Source: Tubulanus polymorphus
Taxonomy: Eukaryota; Animalia; Nemertea
Length of the DNA stretch: 64,000 bases
Assembly: GCF_964204645.1 (NCBI RefSeq)
Contig: NC_134028.1
Coordinates: 7,006,001 to 7,070,000, forward strand
Direction: 5' to 3'
This document shows positions 37,701 to 49,443 of the stretch, piece after piece. The notes beneath the pieces were generated by a model. It did not search any database and was not told the DNA's origin. It saw nothing but the letters and a program-made list of their open reading frames with translations. The number at the start of each line of letters is the position of its first letter. Position 1 is the stretch's first letter. A program made the position numbers and the translations under genes.

Positions 37701-37937
37701 TATTATATTGATATAACGGAAATTAATAGCATACAGACGAGGTATCTTTACAAACAAACGACATATCTCAAAGTCTCGGTCCATACAGATTTACTACCAG
37801 ATACTCCAATGGATCTTTGACGAACTTCAATGTGAAAATCACAGAAACAAAGTGATCATTGTACATCAATATCCTCTTACCTGAACTGATAAAACGCATA
37901 TTGAACATAGTAAGCCGATGCTCACAAAAGCGGCCAT
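34776..37937 (-). pseudogene. Astacin-PAN-PAN copy C: intact catalytic domain, frameshifted PAN1 exon
   Basis: Exons 37881-37937, 37615-37636, 37415-37432, 37297-37328, 37122-37188, 36535-36670, 36267-36451 (HEVIHALGFHHEQDRPDRD), 35788-36012, 35283-35487, 34776-34999. Exon 9 is 205 nt versus 222 nt in the paralogs, giving TAA at 35363-35365. It may still be functional if exon 9 is skipped. Confidence 0.8.
35161..35266. mobile_element. 106-bp MITE with 6-bp TSD
   Basis: CATTTT|GTTCACCAAG...CTGGGTGAAC|CATTTT; absent from the same intron in the other copies. Confidence 0.75.
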
Positions 37938-38422
37938 GCTGAACGCTTGTTTCAAAGAATGCATCTATATTTCACACGTTACGTATGCTTTTGCACCAAT
38001 TTCCACCAAAACCTTAATGTTTTCCAGCTATCTCTGTATAATCATCCATTATCAAATGCTCATGTATCATTGCGATTACCCATTTCCTGATGTTCAGATA
38101 ACCAAATGTTTTATGGCTCACACTCGCTGCCGGATCTGACTTTTCACTTATATCTCCGCCATGATGCATCATTGTTTATTGGATGTCAGCAGAAATGCGT
38201 ATGCATTTTCAGTTTATACGTGCGCTTCTCGTTTCATCCAATGTTTTTAAGGTTTTTTTATGTTTCATAAATTGAATTATTTTTTCAAGATTGTTTGGTT
38301 TATTTAACATGTCGGTGATGTTAAATATGTACCTTGAATATTAATTGCAATTGTAATGCCCAATTGTCATTTACATAAAACATATGGCCATTTATCCATC
38401 AATACCAAGTCTACCTTATTTT

Positions 38423-38574
38423 ATGAGTCCATAGGATACACACTATCCGTGTAGGATGGATGACAAGAGAAATCCCACAACGAATGACTCAGTCAACGAT
38501 GAAAAACATATAGAAGAGTAAATACTTTGAGCAACGTTTCGTCTAAACACTATTAGCCATCATCAGGTGTACTG
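38423..38574 (-). mobile_element. 152-bp insertion with 15-bp TSD and hammerhead-like core
   Basis: AGTCTACCTTATTTT occurs at 38408-38422 and 38575-38589, but only once in the paralogous spacers. Minus strand reads CCTGATGATGGCTAATAGTGTTTAGACGAAACGTTG. Confidence 0.7.
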
Positions 38575-39359
38575 AGTCTACCTTATTTTGTATAAAATCC
38601 CGTGCACTGGTACCGCGCCTTTAACGAAGCCAAAATACCATAGATATTTCTAGAGTACATTTCACAACAGAACTGCTACGAGAAAAATGGTGACCGGGAT
38701 TATTTTAGTTTACAACTTACCTAACCTCAAAAGACTAATATTCTGCCTTCTCTTACCTCGTATGATGAATCATGAACCTGAATATTATACTACCCGTTGA
38801 CCACGAATGTACATCCAATTCAGGGAATGTTTTAAGTTATTGATGACCTGATTGTAATGATTACGATATACAGCAGCTGAGCTGGACAGTAATATCTATC
38901 GAAAAAAAATGGTTTCGCCGTCTGTTAGCGGGATTTTACTAATTTGTTCATTCCAGGTACTGCTGCGAATAGTACAAAAATCTGAATTTGCGATATCTTC
39001 AGCCGATTGGTATTAATCTATTTCGGTTATAAGATACGTACATACAGGCCGATGCGATAGTTTTGTAGAATGTATGCGCGGAAGTCTTCAAAAGATCCCG
39101 GGTTTTCTAGGCAGTGGTACGGTGCAAAAACTACCGTCGATACCCATTTTGCAACACTGAATTCTTTATCTATGATTGTATGTTGATTTCATGTTAACTG
39201 ACGTAAAAATACAATGTAGAATTCAGCTGGCTATTGGTTCACTCACCAACTTTGCTTCTATCACACAAAAAACCAAATCGCCCGGGAATAAAATGTCAGG
39301 AAACGAAACAGCTTAAAATTTCAGTTTTGTTTATTAAGATTGGCAATTTTCATCAACAT

Positions 39360-42300
39360 TTAACATCTTTTGTGAACAAACACAGTTCGTGGATTGCGGA
39401 ACGTTTTGAGTGATTTATTGTGGTAAAAACAGGTTTTAGTTTGAACGTTGAAAGTTACTCCGGTGCATTCCTCGTCCACAGAACAAATCTCTCCGCACTG
39501 GTCAGCATTAAGAGCGCTTGCTTGTGCCATATCAGCCCCGCCTTGTTGGGTATTCGCATGTTTTACCATCTTACAATGCTTGGCTTTAAGGAAACAGTTA
39601 ACAAATTAAGAATATCTAGTTATTAAGAATATTAAATTAAATTAAATTAAGAATATAATAGTTTATCATAATTCTATTACTTGCCGAATTTTCTTATTAC
39701 TGCACTATTTACTGTGACATAAAATCGCCAAGGCTGTGGCTTCGAAAGAGTTATACAATTTGGTCGACTTAGAAAAAAACATTTACGACTTCAATGCTGA
39801 CATACCTGCGTTGGACTTCTTGAAGTAGCTGCAGTCTTTATTTGCTTTAACATTTTTCAGCACATTGTGCAAGTAACAACCGCGGCGAATTTTATTGTAA
39901 GTTGCCGCGACACAAGCATTTTCAGACATACAGGCTTCTTTACAAATCCCTTCATTATCAGCGTAGATCGCTTTAAGGTCACCTCCTGCTTGTTGAGTAT
40001 TTGTTGATTTAATCATTCCGATATTATCTACATTGAATATATGTATATTGTTCGTTGATTAAGTAATTGCTAAATGTGGGCAATTCGTTTTGCCGATGAT
40101 GCGCCACGTGATTTGTTAGAAGTATCATCCGAGTTTAGTGAAAAATGACATAAAATTGGTCAGTTCTTTGCCAGTTTGTTTTCTTTTCAGGCAGAGATCC
40201 AATCCTAGAATTAATAATTTTCTATGACGTCATCACGATTTACCTCTGCATTAAGTTTAACCAAAAACCGAAAAATGCATAGGCGTTATGACTATAGATC
40301 TTTTAATTGTTAATAAAACGTTATAGATTTTAAAGAAATATGATTCAAGCTTTGGATTCCCCCCATAAAACTCAATTTAGATGGGGGTCTAGTTCACATC
40401 AATCTACAAAGAGCAGTTTTTCCACCAATCCGAACGAGCGTATAGAACCCCCCCCCCCCTGGACATTTTCAGTTTTTATATACGTATGTATCGTACCATC
40501 TGCAGTATATTATAATCGACGCCTGGTGGGGTAAGGGTGTTATATCAACCTACCTTTGTATGATTCGTACGGTTTACACTGATATAACATTCTAATTCTC
40601 TTGACGTCCATTGGTTGTAGCATTCCTGACCCGAGAACCTCTCCTGGTGGTTTTGACGTCATCGTCGGTTTGCCATTTTTACTGAATCCCTCAGCGTTAT
40701 AGTGCATCAGGGAACGATAGTTATACGGCATGCCCTGAGTACTCGAAGACGTTTGTTTGCTAAATACGCCCCGGTTCTCTGTATAATATTAAATTTTCAG
40801 TGTTATTTTGTAAACAAAATATCAAGATTAGTGAAAACAGTGTACGTATGTGCTTCGTGACAATATGTTGCTTCGTGGGTGACAAAATCAGTTCAGTAAA
40901 AACTGACATTTCTTCTAATACATTTACACTAAGAAAAACTACCAAGAATAGTCAACGCATTTCTACTCTGACTAGAAGAAGGGTTTGACTAGAAGAGGGG
41001 TTAGATGTTATATAAGCTTTTGGTTGGCCACAACATTTTTAATGCTTACTTGGGTCAATGTTTTCCCAGTGAACGGTGATGTGTTCATCACGGTCGGGTC
41101 TGTCCTGTTCGTGGTGAAAACCCAACGCATGGATCACTTCGTGCATTACAGTATTCTTCGTTACACAACCCGGTGAGTCTAGGGATAGTTTCTGACCCCC
41201 GCGATTCGGCTGCATTCCAACATAGGACCAACAGCTTTAAATGTTTAGGAAAAATAACTTAATAAAATATTGATGAAATATTCTTCGTAGTGTAGTTACC
41301 AGAGGTCAGACAAGCTCACCCGCCTCCTTGGTGTATCTTCAAATAGTATTCTTCGTTCGCACGAGGTTTAAACCGTAAACAACCAGGACTGGCCTTGTTT
41401 ACCATATACTGCAACCACTGTAAACCGTGTTCTATGATTGCTTCGTCTTCCGCAGCTGAATTATGAAATGAAATATATTTGTTTTTAGTAATTCAAGGAT
41501 TAGCTGTTAGCTGGATCAGTTTCAAACTACAAAGCAACACGCTAAAACCAAACGCATGGCATGATTGATTTTAGGCGAAAATGCGGACCTGTTAGCTGAA
41601 CTTTTTGAAAAAGCACTCGAAGGTTAAGACGTCTCATTGTGACGGCAAATACGCTAGAAATCCTATGCTTCCCATGTAGTTCGCTGCCAACCGCACTTGA
41701 AGGCCTAAAGGACCGGAAGTACGTAGGACACGCGTAGGATTTCATTCAGTTGTAAAGGCGGACCTTTTCGGACTTTTTGCAGTTTGTCGTGAACTGATCT
41801 AGAGGTGAATGATAGTAAATGGAACTTACAGTAGCCAGTCATGGTGTAGGGTACAATGCCGTTAGTCCACTGTCTGTTTGTAATCGCGTTTCGCAACTAA
41901 AAGTTGTCACAAAAACTTCTTAACTGAGTACAACAAAACTAGACCGATACATCAGCATTTTAACCGTAGTTTAATCAGTCATACGCGAGAATAGTCTATT
42001 CATACTTACACGGGGTAAAGCGATGTCACCTTGATATTTGCCTGTTGATAATCAGAAACAAAACTTGTACAGTTCAATGGATGTTCTTAAAGCATCGTAA
42101 CAGATATGTTTCAAATATTTACCTGAAGCCAAAACGTAATCTGGAAATGAAACAATAATGGTGTGTATAAATCATTTTCTATAGAAAAGGATTTTTCCGA
42201 TCTGAGAAAATCGAGAGAACCATCGCAAAAACTACATTCCAAAAGTATTCATTTAATTTCTACTCTTTTATTGAAAAAATCAACTAATAAATATTTCAAC

Positions 42301-42617
42301 TGATAATTGTTGACGACGTTGGTCATAAATATACTTACCCATATCAGTCAAAACCCTCCCCTGAAAATATAAGTCCGAGAAAAATGTTGAAAAAAAAATT
42401 GATCCAAATCACCGAGCTCCGATTAGATATTTCTTTACAGGAATCAGTAATAGCAGACGATGTCTTAACGAACAGACGACAGATCTCAATATCTCGCTCT
42501 GACGAATGTTCGATATGAATGTCGCAGAAAGGTACTCTTTGTAAATCAATATCTTCTTACCTGAACTGATAAAACGCATATTGAACAGAGTAAGACGATT
42601 CTCACAAAAGCAGCCAT
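39360..42617 (-). CDS. Astacin-PAN-PAN metalloprotease, copy D (395 aa)
   Basis: Exons 42561-42617, 42339-42360, 42123-42140, 42010-42041, 41830-41896, 41320-41455, 41050-41234 (HEVIHALGFHHEQDRPDRD), 40554-40778 (SLMHY), 39806-40027, 39360-39583. Total 1188 nt in frame. Confidence 0.92.
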
Positions 42618-44080
42618 GTTGAACGCTCGTTTCAAAGAATGCATCGATATTGTACGTATACTTTTGCATCAACGTTTATATTCTCCAGCTACATAATAAT
42701 CCGTTATCAAATGCTAATATATTATTGCGATAAGCCATTTCCTGATGTTCGGATAATCAAATGTTGCACGGGTCACCCTCACAGCCGGATCTAACTTTTC
42801 ACTTATCTCAGCATAGTGTTTATTGCGTGTCATCAGAAATTCATTTAAGTTTTTGGTGTATACGCTCGTTCTCTTTTCAGCCTTCACCCCACTCAAAGTT
42901 TACAAGGCTTTTTCGTGTTTTATAAGTGTTTGTTTTGTATACCACTACGTTTGTTTGTTTCCTTTTTTGCAGTTTCCTGGCTGAATCGTATGTGGGTGTA
43001 CCGGATCTTTTCGCGAAATTAGAATACAACTTGTATTCTAAATGTATGTTGATTACAATTTCAAATCCCAAATATATTACCATTTATCATGTAATAGCAA
43101 GTCTAACTTATTTTGCCTCAAATCCCATGCATAGGTACTATACCAAGTCTTACGAAGCAATGATGCCATAAATATTTCTAGATTATATTCAAAGAACTAC
43201 TAAACGAAAATGGAGACTGGGATATTTCATTTTATAAATTACGTAACCACAAAAAGAAATCAATACTTCCTATCCTATATTCGAACTCCAAACGACGGAT
43301 AAATCATTAACCTGAAAAATCGTTGCACCTGTTGACCACGAATGAACGTCCGATTCAGGGAATGTTTTAAGTTATCGATGACCTAATTTTAATGATTAGA
43401 ATATACATGCCTCAAGTGCAGCCGATCTGGACAGTAATATCTATCGAAAACAATGGTTTAGCAGTTCGTAAGCGGGATTTGACTGATATGTTCATTCCAG
43501 CTACTGCTGCGAATGTGAATTTGCAACATCTCGGCTGATAAAACTAATTTGTTTCGGTTATCAGATATAAACAGGTTTACATATTCCAGTTTCGTGGAAT
43601 GTACGTAAACGAGGTAGTCTTTAAAAGATCCTGTGGAAGTTCCAGGCAGTGGGACGGTGCAAAAACTACTGTTGATCCTACTTCGCAACACTGAATTCTT
43701 TATCTTATTGGTATGTTGATTGTATGTTGGCTGACGTACGTAGAATTCATCCGACTATTGATTCACTCACCGACTCTAACATACAAAAACCGAATCGCTC
43801 GGGAATAAAATATCAGGGAAAAGTAACGGCTTTATATTTTACATTTCTTCATTCAGATTGCCAATTTTCATTAAGATTTAGCATTGTTTATGCACATACA
43901 CAGTTATTGAGCTCCTTTTCTATGAACAAATGTTGATTGTATGTCAGCTGACGTACAGCTGACGTGCACCTTACGCTATAAACTACTGTAACCAAATCCG
44001 AATCGAAATGAAATGTTAGGAAAAAGTAACGGCTTAACATGCTAGTTTTGTTTATTAAGAATGAAAATAATTTTCAAGAT

Positions 44081-47000
44081 TTAGCATTGTTTGTGAATAT
44101 ACACAGTATTCGAATTGGAGTTCGTTGGTTTTGATTCATTGTGGTAATAACATCTTTTATTTCCAATGTTGAAAGTTACTCCGGTGCACTCCTCGTCCAC
44201 AGAACAAATCTCTCCACACTGGTCAGCATTGAGAGCATTTCCGACTGCCATATCTGGGCCTATTTGTTGGGTATCCATTCGTTTTTCCATCTTACAATTC
44301 TTGGCTTCAAAGAAAAAAATCAACATATCAACAATATTATCACAGTTCATCATAATTTCATTACTTGCCGATTCTTTATTGAAATCTTTGACATTAAATC
44401 GCATGGCTGTCGTTTCGAAAGAGTTATACAATTTGGCAGACTTCAAAAACCTTACCGACTTCAATACCGATATAGTACCTGCGTTCAACTTCCTGAAGTA
44501 GCTGCAGCTGATATTGGCTACAACATCTTTCAGAACATTATGCAAGTTACAGCGCTTGTAAATTGTGTTGTAAGTTGCCGCGAGACAAGCATTTTCAGAC
44601 ATACAGGCTTCTTTACAAACTCCTTCATTATCAGCGTACATCCTTTTGTAGTCATCTCCTGGTTGTTGAGTATTTGCTGATTTAATCATTCCGATATCAT
44701 CTGCATTAAATATACGCATATCATTCATTGTTTATTAAGTGATTGCTGAAGATGAATCACGTGATTTGTATGGATATCATTGTCAGTTGAGTTGAAAATG
44801 ACATACAATTGGTAAGTTCTTTAACAGTTTGTTATTTTAGGATTTTTGGCTGAGATCGGCATCCATTTTTGGCAGAGAATTTATGATTTTCTACAGTATA
44901 CCTCCATATTTAAGATTAACCAAAACCAAAAAGTGGCTGTGCGTTTGTGACTATTGAATTGAATTTATTTTGCATTTCAAAATTACATTATGAAATAGAA
45001 AAATTTACAGGGTTCCGTGTGAATTTTTTACAATATAGAGCAATGATAACTAATACGTAGGTCTTTCAAATTTGAATACGTAATAAAATGTATAGAAGAT
45101 TAATTCTAACTAAGAATTTTTCCTTCCAAACTCAATTTAGATAGGGACCTAGTTCACATCAATCTACATAGAGCAAATTTTTCACCAACCTGAACCCAAC
45201 CTCTCCCCCAAACATTTTCAGCTATAAGATCTGCAATATGTAATCAACGCCAGGTGGAGTAAGGTTTTATATTTACCTACCCTTATCAGATTTGTACGGT
45301 TTACACTTATATAACATTCGAATTCTCTCGACGTCCATTGGTTGTAGCACTCCTGGCCCGAGAACCTCTCCTGCTGGTTTTGACGTCATCGTCGGTTTGC
45401 CATTTTTACTGAATGCATAAGCGTTATAGTGCATCAGGGAACGGTAGTTATACGGCATACCCTGAGTACTCGTCGAAGTCCATAATTCAAAATTAAACCA
45501 TTTGTCTGTAAAATTATCAGTTGAATTTCTAATCAAGATAAGTGAAAGCTGTGTACATGTTCTTCGTGATAGTTAACAATGTGTTGCTTCATGTGAGAAA
45601 ATCATTTCGGTACAAAGTGCTATTTCTTCTAATGCATGAACACTAAGAAAAATCACTAAGAGTATTCAATGACCCGTTTATTTTACTCTGACTAGAAGAG
45701 GGTTGAAATTTTATAAAAGCTATTTTGGCCTGGCCACAGCTTTTGGAACTTACTTGGGTAAATGTTGTCCCTGTTTATGGTGATGTGTTCATCGCGGTCG
45801 GGTGTGCCCTGTTCGTGGTGAAAACCCAACGCATGGATCACTTCGTGCATTACAGTATTCTTCGATACACAACCTGGTGAGTCTAGGGATAGCTTCTGAC
45901 CCCCGCGATAGGTCTGCATTCCAACGTAGGACCAACAGCTTAAAATGTTTAGAAAAATAACATTTGACATTGATGAAAATATTCTTCTCCATAGTGATTT
46001 TATCAGATGTAAGACAAGCCCACCCGTCTCCTTGGTGTATCTTCAAATAGTATTCTTCGTTCGCACGAGGTTTAAACCGTAGACAACCAGGACTGGCTTT
46101 GTTTACCATATACTGCAACCACTGTAATCCGTGTTCTATGATTGCTTCGTCTTTCGCAGCTGGATTTATATGAAATACAATCTATATGTTTTGGAAGTCC
46201 AAGGATTAGCTGTTAGCTGGAACAGTTTCAAACAAGAAAGAAGCACGCCAGAGACAGACTCATATCGTGAGGTTAATTTTTACGAAAATGCGGACCTTTT
46301 AAAACGGCGCTTGAAGGTGAAGACGTCTCGTTGTGACGGCTAATACGTTTGCAATTCTAGGCTTCCTATTGTAGTACGCTGCAAATCCTACATACCTGAA
46401 TGCCTAAAGTACCGGCGGTACATTGGACAAGCATAAGATTCCATTCAACTGCTAAAGGCCGAACTTTTCCTATTTTGGGCTGTTTGTCAAAACATCTCTA
46501 CCCGAACACCAACACACCACACGTGCGGACCGAAGACCTAAAACTTTTTGGCCTAGAGGTGAATGAGCTAAGAAAAGTAAATGCAACTTACAGTAGCCGG
46601 TCATGGTGTAGGGTACGGTGCCGTTAGTCCACTGTCTGTTTGTTACCGCGTTTCGGAACTAGAAATTGTCCCAGAATATCTGACTTAATTCATTAAGATA
46701 CCGATGTAGCAGGTTATAGTTTTATTCATCAGCTCATACGCGAGAATAGTCTATTCATACTTACACGGGGTAAAGCGATGTCACCTTGATATTTGCCTGT
46801 TCAGAATCAGATACAAAAATTGTACAATTCAATGGATGTTCTTACAGCGTCATAACAGATACATTTCGAATATTTACCTGAAGCCAAAACGTAATCTGGA
46901 AACAAAAAGATAACGGTACGTATAATGAATAACTTTCTATAGAAAAGATTTTTTCTGATCTGGAATATCACTTGAACCAGCTACCAACGCTAAAACTACA

Positions 47001-47796
47001 TTACATGAATAGTTCATTTCATATTTAAAGAAAATATTAACTGATTAATTACGTTTCAACTGATAGTTGTTGACGACGCTGGTCATAAATATACTTACCC
47101 ATATCAGTTAATATCCTCCCCTGAAAATATAAGTCCAATAAAATTTTAGAAAATTGATCCAAAACATCGAGCTCCGATTAGATATTGATGTAACAGGAAT
47201 TAGTAACAGCAGACGCGATAATAGTATGTACAGTCAATTTCGTGGTTTTTAACCCCCTTGCATAAAGATCTTGTTACTTAATTAACTCCCCACCCGTACG
47301 TACATTATGGAAGACCCTCTCAACCAACGAATTGCATAATATTATGCTTAATTTGTTGACCTTTCTATTGAAAAAAAAACGCCGTGATGGTCGCTAGAAT
47401 TTTATAGCGACGATGTTTCTATTATACAAAATCGTGTTAATCTTAGGATATTTAGAGTGGGGGTGATATCAGGATACTGTAATTTTATATCTTGTGTCAC
47501 TGCTTGGTGTCCACTAAGTAGGTATATTTTCTTATGAGACCCCCTTATCAGAAAAGAAAGTACCTTTTTCCGACCCCCTCCCCGTACGAAGTTAGTACAT
47601 TAACATTATTCGTTTACCACTCCCACCAAAACCGTATATACATACTATTTGAACGCTCCCTGTACGAACTGACGACAGATTTCGAAGACAGTCTCATTCA
47701 GGTTAGATCCCAATTTTACATCAAATACCTTCTTACCTGAACTGATAAAACACAGTATGTCGAACACAGTAAGCCGACGCTCACAAAAGCAGCCAT
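44081..47796 (-). CDS. Astacin-PAN-PAN metalloprotease, copy E (396 aa)
   Basis: Exons 47737-47796, 47099-47120, 46878-46895, 46765-46796, 46592-46658, 46024-46159, 45754-45938 (HEVIHALGFHHEQGTPDRD), 45281-45505 (SLMHY), 44479-44700, 44081-44304. Total 1191 nt in frame. Confidence 0.9.
47221..47661. mobile_element. Degenerate MITE in intron 1 of copy E
   Basis: About 440 bp absent from intron 1 of A-D. The right end TACATACTATTTGAACGCTCCCT is partly mirrored by ATAGTATGTA at the left end. Confidence 0.55.
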
Positions 47797-49443
47797 GATA
47801 AACGTTTGTTTGAAAGCATGCATTTCAGACGATTATTTATACTTCTTTGCATAAACATTTATGATCTCTTACTATATGTATAATCATCCATTATCACAAA
47901 TGTTTACGTATATACGCATCATAGCGATTACCCATTTGCTGATGTCCAGATAATCAGGTGTTTTTATGGCTCACACTCGCTGCCGGATCTATGGTTTATT
48001 GCGTGTTATCAGAAATTCACATTAACTTATTTGGTGTAAAAACGTGCGCTTGTTGATTCTATAACCCGCCCTCGTGCTCACCCAATGTTTATTAGGTTTT
48101 TATATTTCATGATTAGATAATATGTTTTTTATGATTGTTTCTATTTTTTACATTTTCCTGGCTTTATCGTACTTGGGTGTGTCGCATCTTTTCACGAAAT
48201 CAGAATAGAACCTGTATTGTGAATATAATGTTAATTGCGATTACTTTTCCAAATTGTCATTTACACATTAAACATATTACCATTTATCAATCAGTGTCAA
48301 GTCTTTTAACTCAAATGCGGCGCCGGTGACCAGGATATTATATTTCACAAATTACTTACCTTACCACATAGGATTGATTCTTCACATTTCTTCTGATTTT
48401 GTATGAAAAATCATGAACCTGAATATCATTGCACCTGATGACCACGAATGAACTTCCATTTCAGGAAATGTTTTTAAGTTATTGATTACCTGCTTGTAAT
48501 GATTAGAATATATGCCTTAAGTACGGCAGCCGAGCTGGACGGTAACTGCAGCAGTGAATCGTGCGACCATCTTTTTTGTAAATAGAAAATGTAAATTTAT
48601 AACATCTTCGGCCGATTGCAACTAATTTGTTTCGCTATCAGATATAGACCGAGGCGATAGTTTCGTGGAATGTACGTGACGAAACGGGGCATTTAAAATA
48701 TCCTCCGGGTTTTCCAGGCTGTTGGACGGTGCAAAAACTACTGTTGATACTATTTTGCTACACTGAATTCTTTATCTATTATTGTATGTCGATTGTATGT
48801 TTTTGATCTTAAAATGAGAATTTACCCTGTTATTTATACTACTCCTTTTTGGTGTATACGTGCGCTTGTTAGCTCTATTACCCGCCATCGTCCCACCCAA
48901 CGTTTACATGGTTTTCGATGTTTCATGACTGGATTGTTTGTTTTGTTTACCGTTGTTTTTTTTCTGTTTTGCAGTTTCCTGGCTGAATCCTATGTGGGTG
49001 CGCGGCATTACTCAATCAAAATTAGAACAGAACATGTATTCTAAATGTTTGTTTATTACATTTACAAATCCGAATCTTCATTTGCATGGATAGCAAGTCT
49101 AACTTATTCTGCCTCAAATCCCGTGTATCGGTAGGTCTTATCCGAAGCAGGGACACCATGAATATTTGTAGAGCGTATTTGACGAACTACTAAACGAAAA
49201 TGGAGACCGGGATATTCCATTCTATAAATCACGTAATCACAAAAAAAATCGATTCTTCCTATCCTAATTTCGGATTCCAAACGTTGGATAAATCATAAAC
49301 CTGAAAGTCATTGCACCTGTTGACCACGAATGAACATCCAATTCAGGAAATGTTTGAAGATAAGACCTGATTGTGATGATTCAGAATATATGCCTTCAGT
49401 ACGGCGGCCGAGCTGGGCAGTAAAATAGACCTATATGGAAGAT

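Noticed and set aside
44141-44680. Recurring plus-strand ORFs 'MVIT..SNVESYSGA..' in each unit
   Set aside because: Antisense shadows of the PAN2 exons.
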